Assembly (NCBI RefSeq): GCF_006345805.1
Contig: NC_043003.1
Location: forward strand, 6,820,001 to 6,884,000
Direction of reading: 5' to 3'
DNA: 64,000 nt
DNA from: Octopus sinensis
Taxonomy: Eukaryota
Shown: positions 1 through 64,000 of the stretch, one piece after another
Layout of the letters: every line of letters starts with the position of its first letter
Numbering within the stretch: the stretch's first letter is position 1
Position numbers and translations under genes: made by a program
Notes under the pieces: model-generated
Databases searched by the model: none
What the model was told of the DNA's origin: nothing
Seen by the model: the letters and a program-made list of their open reading frames with translations, nothing else

Positions 1-706
1 CATTTTATTCCTTCTGGAATAATACCAATGGTGTCTTCGAAACATATGTTGGAAGTAAAAGAATTTGAATAACACCTGCATTTAACTCTATTTATTTATT
101 TATCTATCTATCTCCCCCTCTCTCTCTCTCTCCCTCTCTCTAAACATAAGGACACAGGAAATGTGTCAAGGCTGACAGGAAGTGGTGCTGCTTCCTAGGG
201 CTAAATAGCAGTAGTGTGATTCCCCCTCATGGAACTGTCACATTAAGTTGACAGCATACAACTACTTTATCGTATCACTACTGTATAAGTCTCTCTGGAG
301 ATTCAGAAATGTATTATTTCTATACAATATAATGTTATGGCTAAACTGGCAATATGACCATTCCGAAATATATATATATATATAAATGTACACACATAAA
401 AACAGATATATACAAAAATAGAGACACATGCAGGCATACATAGATATGCAGATACAGATGCAAACATGCACAACCGCACTGTAACATACATGTGTATATA
501 CCAGTATTAAAAATATATTCAAAATTAAGATGGAATAACTAATAACATACAAAGTATTTAGTGATATAGATATGTTTGGAGTGGGGGGGAGATAAAAATG
601 GGAGTACATATACATAGGTATACAAGGGTATAGATATAAGTAGAAATATGTATGTATACACAAATACATATACATAGGTATACAAAAAAAATCTACATGC
701 ATGTAT

Positions 707-1120
707 AGGCGCAGGAGTGGCTGTGTGGTAAGTAGCTTGCTAACCAGCCACATGGTTCCGGGTTCAGTCCCACTGCGTGGCACCTTGGGCAAGTGTCTTC
801 TACTATAGTCTCGGGCCGACCAAAGCCTTGTGAGTGGATTTGGTAGACGGAAACTGAAAGAAGCCCGTCGTATATATGTATATATATGTATATATATGTG
901 CGTGTGTGTTTGTGTGTCTGTGTTTGTTCCCCTAGCATTGCTTGACAACCGATGCTGGTGTGTTTATGTCCCCGTCACTTAGCGGTTCGGCAAAAGAGAC
1001 CAATAGAATAAGTACTGGGCTTACAAAGAATAAGTCCTGGGGTCGAGTTGCTCGACTAAAGGCGGTGCTCCAGCATGGCCGCAGTCATATGACTGAAACA
1101 AGTAAAAGAGTAAAAGTGTA
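707..1120 (+). mobile_element. tRNA-head SINE family A (CORE-like middle, internal TA/TG microsatellite, AAAGAGT tail)
   Basis: Near-identical copies at 1751-2156 (+), 33640-34015 (+), 34630-34932 (-), 53154-53585 (-), 55834-56045 (+, partial) and 56823-57225 (+). A-box/B-box-like head (TGGCTGTGTGG...GGTTCAGTCCC). Confidence 0.85.
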
Positions 1121-1750
1121 TGCAGAAGATGGTACACCCATATACATCTGCATATAGCTATATGTATATATATACGCACACAATGGGTGTACATATTCAC
1201 ATGCGTACATGTACAGATGCATATACATATGTAAGCACAGACAGAGCACATACGCTCGTACACATATGTGCAAAAACCAAAGGAGTCAATAAGAAAATAG
1301 ACAAGTATAAGTTGATATATTCAAGCGTTTGAGGTAAAACTGTATAGAGAGACATAGTTTTCATAATGGCCCTATATAAAGAGAAGGCCCTTCAGTTATT
1401 ATAAAGGAAATATCAAATTAAAGTATATAAAGGGAACTTATGTTATAGTAATACAATGAGGATAGGAGAAGTTTCTATATTGAGTAATAAGGGATGTCAG
1501 GGTTACCATTTTATAGTGGTAATGTCGATTAAATGACACACTATAATTTAATCAGCATGGGAGAAAGAGGGGTCACCATAATGTGCTTTTCAAAGCTCCT
1601 CTATGGGTATTGGCTACCATATGTCATCATGCAGAAGGAACTCCTTTTACCTGATATACTGTGCATGTGGAAATCCATTAGTGTAGGCAGAATTCATACG
1701 AAAAGCACATTATGAGGTTATTATCCACATGATATTAAATAAATATCCAT

Positions 1751-2156
1751 AGGCGCAGGAGTAGCTGTGTGGTAAGTAGCTTGCTAACCAACCACATGGT
1801 TCCGGGTTCAGTCCCACTGCGTGGCACCTTGGGCAAGTGTCTTCTACTATAGCCTCGGGCCGACCAATGCCTTGTGAGTGGATTTGGTAGACGGAAACTG
1901 AAAGAAGCCTGTCGTATATATGTATATATATATGTATGTGTGTGTGTCTGTGTTTGTCCCCCTAGCATTGCTTGACAACCGATGCTGGTGTGTTTACATC
2001 CCAGTCACTTAGCGGTTCGGCAAAAGAGACCGATAGAATAAGTACTGGGCTTACAAAGAATAAGTCCCAGGGTCGAGTTGCTCGACTAAAGGCGGTGCTT
2101 CAGCATGGCCGCAGTCAAGTGACTGAAACAAGTAAAAGAGTAAAAGAGTAAGAGTA
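1751..2156 (+). mobile_element. SINE family A copy ending ~10 nt from the donor of TTC39 exon 2168-2326
   Basis: Full-length copy of the 707-1120 repeat. Confidence 0.85.
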
Positions 2157-2167
2157 TATATACTGAC

Positions 2168-63164
<60,997 letters not shown>

Positions 63165-63647
63165 CTGTGAATAAAGGTGAAAGGTGAAACTTCAAAAACT
63201 ATCACAGCAAATAAGTTTGCCATAGAGCCAGCAACAGAACATAAAGTATGGCACAATCAGAACTACATCAGACAAAATATTTCACAGTATTTAGTTACAA
63301 CGTTTTATGTTCTGAGTTCAAAGGGTCAACTTTACCTTTCATCTATCCAGGGTGAGTAAATTCAACTACAAATCAAGTACTAAGGTTGATAAAATTGACT
63401 GCTTCCCTCCCAACAAATGGTCCTGGTTGGAATATCTTGATCATAAGTCTACCTTGAAAGTTACCTGGGACTAAACAACAACAATCCTGTGACAGACCAG
63501 CATCCTGTCCAGGTGGGGTTACCTATACACCAATGAAACTGGGAAACTGGCACTTATGAGCCAGGCATGGCTCAAGAAGGTACAAACAACAAACAACAAC
63601 AATAGTCATTGTACACACCACACACGATCTTTCTACAGCACTACTAT

Positions 63648-63710
<63 letters not shown>

Positions 63711-64000
63711 ATCATCATCATCATCGTTTAACGTTCACTTTCCATGCTAGCATGGTTTGGACGGTTTGACTGAGGGCTGGCGAACCAGATGGCTGCACCA
63801 GGCTTCAATCTTGATCTGGCAGAGTTTCTACAGCTGGATGCCCTTCCTAACACCAACCACTTCAAGAGTGTAGTGGGTGCTTTTTAAGGTGCCACCGGCA
63901 CAGGGGACAGTCAAGCAGTACTGACCTCGCTCAAATCTTTTTACACATGCCACTGGCACAGGTGCCAATGAAGAGACGTTGGTAATGATCACGCTCGAAT

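Noticed and set aside
1-75. Possible next TTC39 exon after a minus-strand gcag acceptor at about 76
   Set aside because: No frame resembles the expected QRIAGKSIP-type sequence.
262-948. 228-aa minus-strand ORF and many similar YIYI/VCVC/HTHT ORFs
   Set aside because: They are translations of TA/TG/CA microsatellites and SINE A sequence.

Overview
AT-rich, repeat-dense eukaryotic genomic DNA. The SINE, LINE and microsatellite content suggests a coleoid cephalopod, probably Octopus (inference). One host gene dominates: a minus-strand TTC39A/B-family TPR-protein gene. I reconstructed 11 shared coding exons by hand (32005 down to 2168), all GT-AG and phase-compatible. Two alternative 5' exons both end in Pro+AT and can splice to the exon at 32005: a 38-nt microexon at 63127-63164 encoding an FFAT-like motif (IFEDAVE), and an internal ATG-bearing exon at 46703-46800 that lacks it. 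The gene is open at both window edges. Introns contain at least five SINE-like families, RTE, CR1-like and R4/Dong-like LINE relics, a Penelope-like GIY-YIG relic, mariner relics, non-autonomous Helitron-like elements, microsatellites and several long foldbacks. Best second-look items: the FFAT-like microexon versus internal promoter, minimal hammerhead-like motifs in Penelope-type repeats (one inside a 74-bp hairpin), a C4HC3 PHD-like finger in RTE ORF2, a young GC-rich CR1 copy, a head-to-tail Helitron junction and an unexplained structured GC-rich element at about 25.2 kb. No database search or folding computation was run; homology calls are from recalled family motifs.
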